Source of the DNA: Mobula hypostoma
Taxonomy: Eukaryota
Length of the DNA stretch: 64,000 nucleotides
Reading direction: 5' to 3'
Assembly (NCBI RefSeq): GCF_963921235.1
Contig: NC_086098.1
Span: forward strand, 4,464,001-4,528,000
Below are positions 48,345-59,854 of this stretch, one piece after another. A model generated the notes under the pieces. The model worked only from the letters and a program-made list of their open reading frames with translations, made no database searches and was not told where the DNA came from. The position numbers and the translations under genes were made by a program. Positions within the stretch are counted from its first letter, which is position 1, and every line of letters starts with the position of its first letter.

Positions 48345-50220
48345 ACCAGAATAGGTTTGGAACATAGGTTGTTCAACAAAGCCAACAAAAAGGCAGGCAT
48401 AGCTGGGACCCATACGAGTGCCCATGGCTACACCTATAGTTTGGAGGAAGTGGGAGGAGCCAAAGGAGAAATTATTAACAGCAAGGACTAATTCCGCTAG
48501 ACGGAGCAGAGTGATGGTAAAGGGGAACTGGTTAGGTCTGGAATCCAGAAAGAAGTGGAGAGCTTTGAGATCTTCCTGATGGGGGATGGAAGTATATAGG
48601 GACTGGATGTCCATGGTGAAAATAAAGCGGTGGGGGCCAGGGAATTTAAAATCATCGAAAAGTTTCAGAGCATATGGAACAATCTATGTTCCAAACCTAT
48701 TCTGGTATCTGTCCCCCACTTTTTCTTCACTACATCGACGACTGCATTGGCGCTGCTTCCTGCACACATGCTGAGCTCGTTGACTTCATTAACTTTGCCT
48801 CCAACTTTCACCCTACCGTCAAGTTTACCTGGTTCATTTCCGACACCTCCCTCCCCTTTCTAGATCTTTCTGTCTCTATCTGTGGAGACAGCTTATTTAC
48901 CGATGTCTACTATAAGCCTACTGACTCTCACAGCTATCTGGACTATTCCTCTTCTCACTCTGTCTCTCGCAAAAATGCCATCCCCATCTTGCAGTTCCTC
49001 CGTCTCCACCGCATCTGCTCTCAGGATGGGGCTTTTCATTCCAGGACGAAGGAGATGTCCTCCTTTTTTAAAGAAAGGGGCTTCCCTTCCTCCACCATCA
49101 ACTCTGCTCTCAAACGCATCTCCCCCATTTCACGCTCATCTGCTCTCACTCCATCCTCCCGCCACCCTGCTAGGAACGGGGTTCCCCTTGTCCTCACCTA
49201 CCACCCCACCAGCCTCCGGGTCCAACGTATAATTCTCTGTAACTTCCGCCACCTCCAACGGGATCCCACCACTAAGCACATCTTTCCCTCCCCGCCCCCC
49301 CGCTTTCCGCAGGGATTGCTCCCTACGCGACTCCCTTGTCCATTCGTCCCCCCCATCCCTCCCCACTGACGTCCCTCCTGGCACTTATCCTTGTAAGCAG
49401 AACAAGTGCTACACATGCCCTTACACTTCCTCCCTCACTACCATTCAGGGCCCCAGACAGTCCTTCCAGGGGAGGTGACACTTCACCTGTGAGTTGGCTG
49501 GGGTGATATACTGCGTCTGGTGCTCCCGCTGCGGCCTTCTATATATTGCCGAGACCCGACGCAGACTGGGAGACCGTTTCGCTGAACACCTACACTCTGT
49601 CTGCCAGAGAAAGCAGGATCTCCCAGTGGCCGCACATTTTAATTCCACGTCCCATTCCCAACCTGATATGTCTATCCACGGCCTCCTCTACTGTCAAGAT
49701 GAAGCCACACTCAGGTTGGAGGAACAACACCTTATATTCCGTTTGAGTAGCCTCCAACCTGATGGCATGAACATTGACTTTTAAAATTTCCGCTAATGTC
49801 CCACCTCCCCCTTGTACCCCATCCGTTATTTATTTATTTATATACACACATTCTTTTTCTCCCTCTGTCCCTCTCACTATACCCCTTGCCCATCCTCTGG
49901 GCTTCCCCCTGTCCCCCTTTTCTTTCTCCCTAGGCCTCCTGTCCCATGATCCTCTCATATCCCTTTTGCCAATCACCTGTCCAGCTCTTGGCTCCATCCC
50001 TCCCTCTCCTGTCTTCTCCTATCATTTCGGATCTCCCCTCCCCCTCCCACTTTCAAATCTCTTACTAGCTCTTCTTTTAGTCAGTCCTGACGAAGGGTCT
50101 CGGGCTGAACCGTCGACTGTACCTCTTCCTACAGATGCTGCCTGGCCTGCTGTGTTCACCAGAAACTTTTATGTGTGTTGCTTGAAATTCTAGCATCTGC
50201 AGATTTCTTGGTGTTTGCGT
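48345..50220 (+). mobile_element. PLE with 5' inversion (48345-~48670 minus; ~48672-50220 plus)
   Basis: ORF 48114..48614 (-) and 48674..49369 / 49494..49784 (+) are consecutive parts of the same protein as 29639..31000. Confidence 0.92.
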
Positions 50221-52000
50221 GAAGAAGTAGAAGGGTGGGTTAGTAAGTTTGCTGATGACACAAAGGTTGGGGGTATTGTGGATAGTCTGGAGAGTTGTCA
50301 GAGGTTACAGCGGGACATCGATAAAGTGCAGAACTGGGCTGAGAAGTGACAGATGGACTTCAACCCAGATAAGAGTGAAGTAGTTTATTTTGGTTGGTCT
50401 AATTTGAAGACAGTATATAATATGAATGGTAAGACTCTTGGCAGTGTGGAGGATCTGAAAGATCTTAGGGTCTGTGTCAATAGGACACTCAAGGCTGCTG
50501 CGCAGGTTGACAGAGCTGTTAAGAAGGCGTATGGTGTGTTGGCATTCATCAGCCATAGGACTGAGTTCAAGAGACGTGAGGTAATGTTAGTTATATAAGA
50601 TCTTGGTCAAACCCCACTTGGAGTACTGTGTTCAGTGATGGTCATCTCACTGCAGGAAAGAGGAGATGTACAAGGATATTGCATGGATTGGGGAGAGTGC
50701 CTTCTGAGAACAGGTTGAGTGCTCGCCCTTTTCTCACTGGATGACGAAGGATGAGAGGTGACCTGATAGAAGTGTATAAGATGATGAGGGCCATTAATCT
50801 TGTGGATAGCCAGAGGTATTTGCCCAGGGCTAAAATGGCTAACACAAGGGGCATAGTTTTAAGGTGCCAGGAAATCCCCAGGATCCCCCCGGATCAATAA
50901 AGTATGACTATGACTATGACTATGACTATGAAATAGGTAACGAGAGGATTTCAGGGGTTAAGTTTTTCACACAGAGAGTGGTGGGTGTGTGGAATGCACT
51001 GCCGGCAGTGGTGGTGGAAGCGGACACAATAGAGTCTTTTGAGAGCCTCTCAGGGAGCTTAGAAAAATCGAGGGCTATACACTAGGGAAATTCTAGGCAG
51101 TCTCTAGAGTAGGTCACATGGTCGGCACAACATTGTGGGCTGAAGGGCCTGTAATGAGCTGTAGATTTCTATGTTTCTGTGTTAAGAACATAGAATAGTA
51201 CAGCACGTTACAGGCCCTTTGGCCCACAATGTTGTGCCGACCCTCAAACCCTGCCTCCCATATAAGCCCCCACCTTAAATTCCTCCATATACCTGTCTAG
51301 TAGTCTCTTAAACTTCACTCGTGTATCTGCCTCCACCACTGACTCAGGCAGTGCATTCCACACACCAACCACTCTCTGAGTAAAAAACCTTCCTCTAATA
51401 TCCCCCTTGGACGTCCCACCTCTTACCTTAAAGCCATGTCCTCTTGTATTGAGCAGTGGTGCCCTGGGGAAGAGGCGCTGGCTATCTACTCTATCTATTC
51501 CTCTTATTATCTTGTACACCTCTATCATGTCTCCTCTCATCCTTCTCCTCTCCAAAGAGTAAGGCCCTAACTCCCTTAATCTCTGATCATAATGCATACT
51601 CTCTAAAGCAGGCAGCATCCTGGTAAATCTCCTCTGTACGCTTTCCAATGTTTCCACATCCTTCCTATACTGAGGCGACCAGAAGTGGACACAGTACTCC
51701 AAGTGTGGCCTAACCAGAGTTTTATAGAGCTGCATCATTACATCGCGACTCTTAAACTCTATTCCTCGACTTATGAAAGCTAACACCCCGTAAGCTTTCT
51801 TAACTACCCTATCTACCTGTGAGGCAACTGTCAGGGATCTGTGGACATGTACCCCCAGATCCCTCTGCTCCTCCACACTACCAAGTATCCTGCCATTTAC
51901 TTTGTACTCTGCCTTGGAGTTTGTCCTTCCAAAGTGTACCACCTCACACTTCTCCGGGTTGAACTCCACCTGCCACTTCTCAGCCCACTTCTGCATCCTA
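50221..52000. mobile_element. Two tail-to-tail CR1 3' fragments (50221-~51180 plus; ~51185-52000 minus)
   Basis: ORFs 50353..50598 and 51244..52125. A tiny Rex 3' tail, (tatgac)n, is inserted at ~50877-50930. Confidence 0.88.
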
Positions 52001-52040
52001 GTTGGCAAGGATGCAGGATCTTGTTCTGTAGGCGTTTCTA

Positions 52041-53431
52041 CAGATTGAGTACCCCTTATCCGAAATTCCAAAATACAAAATTGTTTTGAGCACCAACATG
52101 ACAACACAAGCGGAAAATTCCACAAGTTACTAGGAAGGTTCCTAGGCTATGCACAGGTCTCTGAGGAGTGAACAGAAGTTACTGAAAAATAGAAAATCAC
52201 TGCATAAAGTGAAAAATGAAGATCTCAATCGTGCATTGAAAGAATGCATTCGTCAGTGTTAGAGTGAACATGCCAATTCACAGTACGCTGATCAAGAAAT
52301 GAGCAAAGATCTATCATGACGAACAGCACATTGGAGGTAATTGTGAACATTCAGCAGGCAGGTTGCAAAATTGAACAAACAGCACGGCATTAAATTTTTG
52401 AAAGATTTGTGGTGAGAAAGTGTCTGCTGATCACAAAGCAGCAGAGAAATTCATTGATGAGTTTGCCAGGATCGTCACTGATGAAAATCCAACACACTGC
52501 ATCAGTACATGTTATGTGCTTACCAGTAGCACATAAATTCAGAGTCAGAAATGATGGTGATCCCAAGCTATCTCATTAAACACAGGAATGAGATATATCA
52601 TCTAGTTGAGTGGTGTCGCAGCATCAACCATGCACTCATTGTCAGTAAGGGCAAAGAACTGACTGTGGGCTTCAGAAGGGTAAGACGAGGGAAAACACAC
52701 TAGTCCTCATAGCGGGATCAAAGTAGAAAGAGTGACCAAGTTTCTGGGTGTCGATATCTTTGAGGATCTATCTGGGGACCAGCATGTTGATGCAGTTACA
52801 ACGAAGGCATGAGAGTGGCTATATCTCATCAGGAGTTTGAAGAGATTTGGTATGTCATCAAAGACACTTGTAGATTTCTACAGAGGTACCGTGGAGAGCG
52901 TTCTAACTGGCTGCATCACCATCTGGTATGGGGTGGGGTGATCAAAATAAGCTGCACAGAGTTGTAAACTTAGCCAGCTCCATCATGGGCACTAGCCTCA
53001 GTACATCTACAAGGAGCGATGCCTGAAAAAGGCAGTGTCCGTCATTAAAGAACCCCATCATCCAGACATGCCTGGTCCTCGTAACTACCATCAGGAAGGA
53101 GGTACAGGAGCCCGAAGATACACACACAACAATCCAGGAACAGCTCCTTCCCCACTGCCATCTGATTTCTTAATGGACATTGAACCCATGAACACTACCT
53201 CACTACTTTTTAATTCTTGTTTTTGCACTAATTTAATTTAACTATTTAATGTTAATACACTTACTGTCATTCACATTTATTATATTATTATGTATTACTT
53301 CGCACTGCTGCTGCAAAGATAACTAATTTCATGACGTATGCTGATATTAAACCTTATTCCAAAATCTGAAAAGATCTGAAATCCAAAACATTTCTGGCTC
53401 CAAGCGTTTTGGATAAGGGGTACTCAACCTG
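52041..53431 (+). mobile_element. Tigger/pogo-like DNA transposon derivative with a Rex1/Babar insertion (~52590-53360)
   Basis: TIRs CAGATTGAGTACCCCTTATCCGAAA / TTTTGGATAAGGGGTACTCAACCTG. TA on the left, TG on the right. Degraded CENP-B-type HTH text (HGIKFL..CGEKVSAD). Confidence 0.82.
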
Positions 53432-53979
53432 TGTTTTGAAAAGACAAATGGGAGATTGCAAATCATATTTCTTCTGTTGGTTTGAAAGTAAACATTTGCT
53501 ATTTTAGTTCAGAACTGGTTCATTTTGTGTTTAACACAATGCAGGACACGTAGGTGCAGATCAGAAGAATTTGGATGCAGCAGAAAAGATGATCACAACA
53601 TGAATAAATATTGTTTATGAGGCTTATGAAATAGTTTTTTTCCAGAAAATATGAAGCTTGTTATTGAATGAAATCCTTAGCTCAGAACGTTGACTCTTTA
53701 TTCCTCTCCATGGATGCTGCCTGACCTGCTGCGTTCTTACAGTATTTAGCGTGTGTTACTCTTGTTATTGAATGTTCTGTGATAATTATTTTAGAATCAT
53801 TTTCCCATGAGGCAGTGTTCAGCTTTGAGGTCTCAGCTGCAAGTTTGTTTACCAGCTCATCCCAGCGGTGGTTTTTAAAAGGTTGTTTATACAATACTAA
53901 TTAGTTGAAAAACACCTTGTTGAATAAATGAGCTCTTTAGCAGCTTCATTAAACCAAACCTACTGGAGTAATTCGGGAT

Positions 53980-54790
53980 ATAGAATCATAGAACACTACA
54001 GCACAGAAACAGGCCCTAGTGTGTGCCAAACTATTACTCTGCCTGGTCCTATTGAAATGCACTGAGACCATTGCTCTCCAGACACTTCTCCTTCATGCAC
54101 CTGTACACGTTTGCGCTGGCAGCTCATTCCACACTCGCACCAGCCGCTGAATGAAGAAGTTGCCCCTCAGGTTCTCCTTAAATATACCACCTTTCACCCT
54201 TAACCCACGACCCCTAGTACTAGTCTCACCCAACCATAATGGAAAATGCCCTCATACCCCTCAGTGTAACACCTGCTTAGCCCTCGCTCAGGGTTACATG
54301 GAGCCATGAGAGCAGGTGATGGATGATCATATGAACAGTCGGTGCATATCACAAGTCCTGGTTATGTGACCGCTGACGCCAGGCAGACAATCTCTGAAGG
54401 GTATTGATAATGGCTGGGGTCACCCGCCTTGTAAAGACACTGCCCAGAAGAAGGCAATGACAAACCACTTGCATAGAAAAATTTGCGAAGATCAAGTGGC
54501 TGTGATCACCCATGTCATATGATACGGCACATAATGAACGAACAACTTTTGTGTATCTCTATCAAATCTCCCCTCATGGTCCTACACTCCGGGGACTGAA
54601 TTCCTAACCTATTCAACCTTTCCCTATATCTCAAGTCCCAGCAACATCCTTGTCAATATTCTCCATACTCTTTCAACCTTATTTACATCTCTCCTCTGGG
54701 TAGGTGACCAAAACTGCACACAATACTCCAAATTCGGCCTCACCAACGTCTTATACAACTTCACCATAGCATCCCATCTCCTGTACTCAG
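53980..54790 (-). mobile_element. CR1 3' fragment containing a + strand RTE-type short element (~54265-54543)
   Basis: CR1 homology on both sides. The insert has the RTE-like gaaggcaatgacaaaccact motif, and a related copy is inverted at ~15355-15500. Confidence 0.7.
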
Positions 54791-56195
54791 TAAGTTGTCA
54801 CTTAATATGAAACAATGTGTTAATACCTAATTTTTCATTTAGCAAACTGTCATTTTTTTTCCTACATCAGATTTCTGAATAATTCATGAATACCACCTTA
54901 CTATTTTTGCTTTCTTATTGCACTGTTTATTTGAAAGTACATTTATTAGCAATGTATACGGTACACAACCTTGAGATTAATCTTTTTGCAGATATCCACA
55001 AAACAAAGAAATGCCTTTGAACCCATTTAAAGAAAACCCCCACAATTAACAAACAAAACATTAAACATCAAACTAGAGAATCCCCGAAAGTGAGCCCACA
55101 GCCACAAGCTGCTGAGACGAGTAAAAGCAGTCCAGCAGACGATGGTCGCGGACAGCGTCTGTTCAGCGCTGTGTCGGTGGCTCCAGGCCACAGCTGCAGA
55201 TCCAGTTCCGTGAAGAAGCGCCTCGATCAAATCACGCAAGCAGTAAAACGCGTTCAGCACTGAGGACGTTAAACATCAAACCATCACCGAAAGTGAGTCC
55301 AAGAGTTATGAGCCAAAAAATATGCGTATGTTAATTTTAATGTATGGCGCTGTACTGCTGTTGCAGAACAACTGGGCGGCACATAGCGTAACCTTAGTGC
55401 AGTCGCTAAACAGCGGCAGAGATCATAGATCGGGGTTCAGTTCCCACCGCTGTCTGCAAGGAGTTTATATATTCTCCCCGTGAACGCATGAGTTTCTGCC
55501 GTGTGCTCCCGTTTTCTCCACACTCCAAAGCTGCTCGTTTAGGGAGAGTGAGTGATGAGCGTGCCCTGTTGGCGACGGAAGCATTGTGACACTTGTGGGA
55601 TGCTGATTTGATTTGATTCAAACAGCAGATTTTACTGTGCGTCTCGCTGTACATGTGGCAAATAAAACGAATCAAATTTCATTACATATGCCAGTGGTAA
55701 TAAGCCTGGTTCTGATTGTTGTATCTTTTACTGAGATGTTTGGTGACCAGTAGCGGGTTATTTTGTGGGAAGGAGGAGCTTTTTCATTGAAAGCAAAGCA
55801 CATTGCAGACCTGAGGCTTGAGTCCCGATATCTGTGAGACTGTGAGCCCCGGGCCAAGATCTGAAAGCATGAGGTGCTTTATCCTGGGATTGGAGGCTTG
55901 TCTATTGGTGGGAGGGTGGGAAAGGGGTTTGCTTTGCTGCTGCTGTTGATTCTGTTGTTCTGCTGAACATGGTGGGTATTCTATGTGTGGCAACACTTGC
56001 GGACTGACCCCAGCTCATCGTTGGCTGTGTTGGTTGTTAACACAAGTGGCGTATTTCACTGTATGTTTCAATGTCCAAAAGTCTGAGGCACATATAGCTA
56101 GGGAGCCTGAGACTTTTGCACAGTCCTGCGGTGATTTTATGTATTGTGCTGTACTTCTGTTGCAAAAAAAAATCAAAATTTATGAGGTGTGTGAG

Positions 56196-56715
56196 TAGGG
56201 TTGCCAACTTTCTCACTCGCAAACAAGGGACAAAAGTAGCAGTCAAATACAGGACACTTGTGTTTACCCCAAGAAAGACTACCATGACCATGAAGCCTTG
56301 CGCAGGCACCTGTGTGCGCATACGTGTATGCGCCAATTTTTTTTCTACAAATCAGTTTTGGCTTAATCTTCCCGATTCTGATACACTGTACATACATTAT
56401 TTCTACTTTATATAGGCTGTGTATTTATCATATCATTCCTGCTTTTACTTTATGTTAGTGTTATTTTAGGTTTTGTGTGTTATTGGTATGATTTGGTAGG
56501 TTATTTTTTGGGTCTGGGAATGCTCAAAAAATTTTCACATATAAATTAATGGTAATTGCTTCTGCGCTTTACGCCATTTCAGCTTACGAACGGTTTCATA
56601 GGAATGCTCTACCTTCGCAGGGGAAATACGGGACAAGGGCAGTCCCATATGGGACAAACTAATTTAGCCCAATATAGGGGATGTCCCGGCTAACACGGGA
56701 CAGTTGGTAACCCTA
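56196..56715. mobile_element. Non-autonomous hAT (Blackjack-like) element
   Basis: TIRs TAGGGTTGCCAACT / AGTTGGTAACCCTA. 8-bp TSD tgtgtgag / agtgtgag (7 of 8 match). Subterminal gggaca repeats. Confidence 0.85.
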
Positions 56716-57231
56716 AGTGTGAGTGATGATAAACCTGATTCTGATATGGGTCTGTATTGTGGACTGAGAGTGGGAAGGGGGCAGGGAGAGGGGAATTATG
56801 CTTGGGGAAAAGGGGAAGGGAGAGGGGAGGGAGCAGGAACCACCAGAGATATATTCTGTAATGATCAATAAACCAATTGTTTGGAATAAAATGGCCTTGC
56901 CTGGTGTGCCTGCCCCTGTCCCACACCCCTCCTGTGGCACTGTAAAAATATACCTAAGACTTTTGTACACTGCTGTGCATCTTCAACTGAACACTTTACA
57001 CGTGATAAATAAATCTGAATGTGAAGCGTCACGGTAGATCAGTGGTTAGCACACAATTTACTGTACCAATGGCCCAGGTTCATTTCCCTCCACTGTCTGT
57101 AAGTTCTCCCTGTAACCTTGCAGGTTTCCTCTGGGTACTCCTGTTTTCTCCCACAGTCCAAAGACTTTCCGGTTAGTAGGTTAATTGGTCATTGTTAACT
57201 GTCTCTTGATTAGGCTGGGGTTAAATCAGAG

Positions 57232-57883
57232 CAGACATCCCACCTCTCCCGAAAGTTCCAGGAGTCTCCCGCATATTAATAGTGGCTCCCTTATGCCCGC
57301 AAATTATATACAATTCCCGGAAATTGATTTTTTTGAGAGCGAGCATGAGAGAACGCGCGAGAAAGAATGAGAGGGCGAGCGCAAGAGCAAGGAAGCAAGC
57401 GCGAGAGAGAGAGAGAGAGAGCAAGAGAGTGAGAGCGACCACGAGAGAGAGCACGAGAGCAAGAAAGCAAGCGCGCGAGAGCAAGAGCGAGAAAGCAAGT
57501 GCGAGAGAGAGCGACCATGAGCGAGAGAGAGAGAGCGCGCGCCTAAGCAGACTTGTCCCAAATTGGAAAATCTAAAACGTACTTCACCCCAGACTACGCT
57601 AAAGTGTACCCCTGCCTAATAGGGGTCAAAAATAATGAGAATGTTGCTTGCACTGTTTGCAACAGTGACTTTTCTATTGCCCATGGTGGATTAAGACTGT
57701 AAAGGACATGTTGAGGTGAGTTTAACAGGTGTCATTTGTTCATTAGCATAGCTAACATTATTTAAACTAGCTGGCTACTGCTAAGGAGCTACTCTATTGC
57801 AGACATCCCACCTCTCCCGGAAGTCTCCTGCAAATTGACGGTGCTACCTCCCTGAAATGTGCTTTTGCAGGGTGAGATGTCTG
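57232..57883 (+). mobile_element. Non-autonomous hAT-like element with 6-bp TSD and BED-finger remnant, inserted in a SINE
   Basis: TIRs CAGACATCCCACC / GGTGAGATGTCTG. tcagag at 57226-57231 and 57884-57889. ACTVCNSDFSIAHGG/DCKGH at ~57645-57715. Confidence 0.75.
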
Positions 57884-59479
57884 TCAGAGGGTTGCTGGCC
57901 AGTGCGGCTTGAAGGGCCACAAGGGCCTTTTCTGCACTGTGTCTCAATAAATAAACATGTGTTTTGTGCAGTGAGAAGGCATCCTAGATTTGTAGAATCC
58001 TAGAACTGCTTCAGTACAGAGGGGAGTGATTAGGCCATTAATTGGATGCCAGATCCCTGCAGAAAAGTCTAATCAACACCATTCCTCTGTCACCCTTTAA
58101 ATTACTTCTCTTCGCCTGTCTATCCAATTATCTTTATAAGTCCTGATTGCCTGTGTTTCCTCTGCTCTTTGGAGGCAGCATACTCCCATGTTTTTCACTC
58201 AAAGTTTCAAAGTAAATTTATTATCAAAGTGTATATGTATGTCATCATTTACAACCCTGAGTCATTTTCTTGCGGGCAATCACAGTAAATACAAAGAAAT
58301 ACAATAGAATCAATGAAAATCTGCACACAACAACTACAAGCAAACAACCAATGTGCAAAAGACTACCAACGATGCAAATACAAAAAGAGAAAAAAAGGTA
58401 GCAATTATATAAGTAAATAAGCAATGGATATTGAGAAAATGAGTTGTGGAGTCCTTAAAAACGAGTCCGTTTGTTGTGGAATCAGTTCAGTGTTGGGTGA
58501 GTGTAGTGACCCACGCCACTTCAAGTTGGCTCTGTGTTCCTTTAGTTCTCAGACAATCTGCCTGTGGAAATAGTGCCCCCATATTTGCCCGTTTTGAACC
58601 ATTGTGATCAGATTGACTTCCACCAAAGATCCTCCCAACTTTCTTGGCTCCCAGGAGTTGCCTGGGACTATACTTACTGGAATTCAGAAGAATGAAAGAG
58701 GGTCTTGTAAAATTTTGAAAGGGATAGATAGGATAGAGGCAGGAAACACACACAAAATGCTGGAGGAACTCAGCAGGCCAAGCCTGCTTATTCATTTTAT
58801 GAAAATGAATAAACAGTCGATATTTCAGACTGAGACCCTTCGTCAGGCAGGAGAATTGTGTCAGCTGGCCTCAAGTGAGAGCACCGTTAGGTGACACAGT
58901 AACGTAGTGGTTAGTGCATCACTGTACGGCAAAAGCTCGAAGATCAGGTTTCAGTTCCTCTCGCTGTCCGTAAGGAGTTTGTCTGTTCTCCCTGTGACTA
59001 TGTACATTCCAAAGATGTACAACTAGGGTTAGCGAGTTGTGGCATGTTATGTTGGCGGTGAAAGCATGGCGAAACTTGTGGGCTGCCCAGCACAATCCTC
59101 ACTGATTTGATTTGACCCACAAATGACGCATTTCACTGTATGTTTTGATGTACTGTGACAAATAAAGCTAATCTTTCATGTTTAATCTTCTCTATTTTTA
59201 AAATTAGGAGACTCCGTTAGTCCGGAAGAAGGGTTTCAGCCGGAAATATCAACATTTTATTCATTTCCATAAAAGCTGCCTGACTTGCTGAGTTCCTCCA
59301 GCATTTTGTGTGCATTGCTCTGGTTTTCCAGCATCTGCAGGATCTCACTTACAACTAGAACATAAAGCCTCAAGGTCTGTGGAATTCCCTGCCCAGGGGA
59401 GCAGCAGAGGCTACACCTCATGATATACAGTTAAGACACAGTTAGATAAATTTTCACTTAGATCATATTTCTGATGCCT

Positions 59480-59604
59480 GGTCTGAACAACAACTAAAGC
59501 TCTGTATACTGGTGTGCTTTGAGTTGCTGCCACATGATTGGCTGATTAGATAGTTGCAGTAATGAGCTGGTGTACAGGTGTACCTAATAAAGTGGCCACT
59601 GAGT
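59480..59604 (-). mobile_element. Tc1-like terminal fragment
   Basis: Ends gtacctaataaagtggccactgagtg and shows reverse homology to 6640-6699 / 10189-10240. Confidence 0.7.
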
Positions 59605-59854
59605 GGGTTGAAAGTTAGAAAAATATACAGCGTACATCATTCTGTATTTTCAATGTTCTGTGAGCTTCCTTCAATTTTACCTGAAGCAGGACGTGCCCTC
59701 TTCTCAATACTACCATTCAGGGAGGAGATACAGGACATGCAGACACACAATCAAATGTTTCGGGGAAAAGTTTCTTCCCATCCTCCATCAGATTTCTGAA
59801 CGGACACTGATCCCATCAACACTACCTCACTATTTTTGTTCCCATTTTGCAATC

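Noticed and set aside
57282..57575. Arg/Glu/Ser-rich ORFs
   Set aside because: Low-complexity GA tract inside a DNA transposon.
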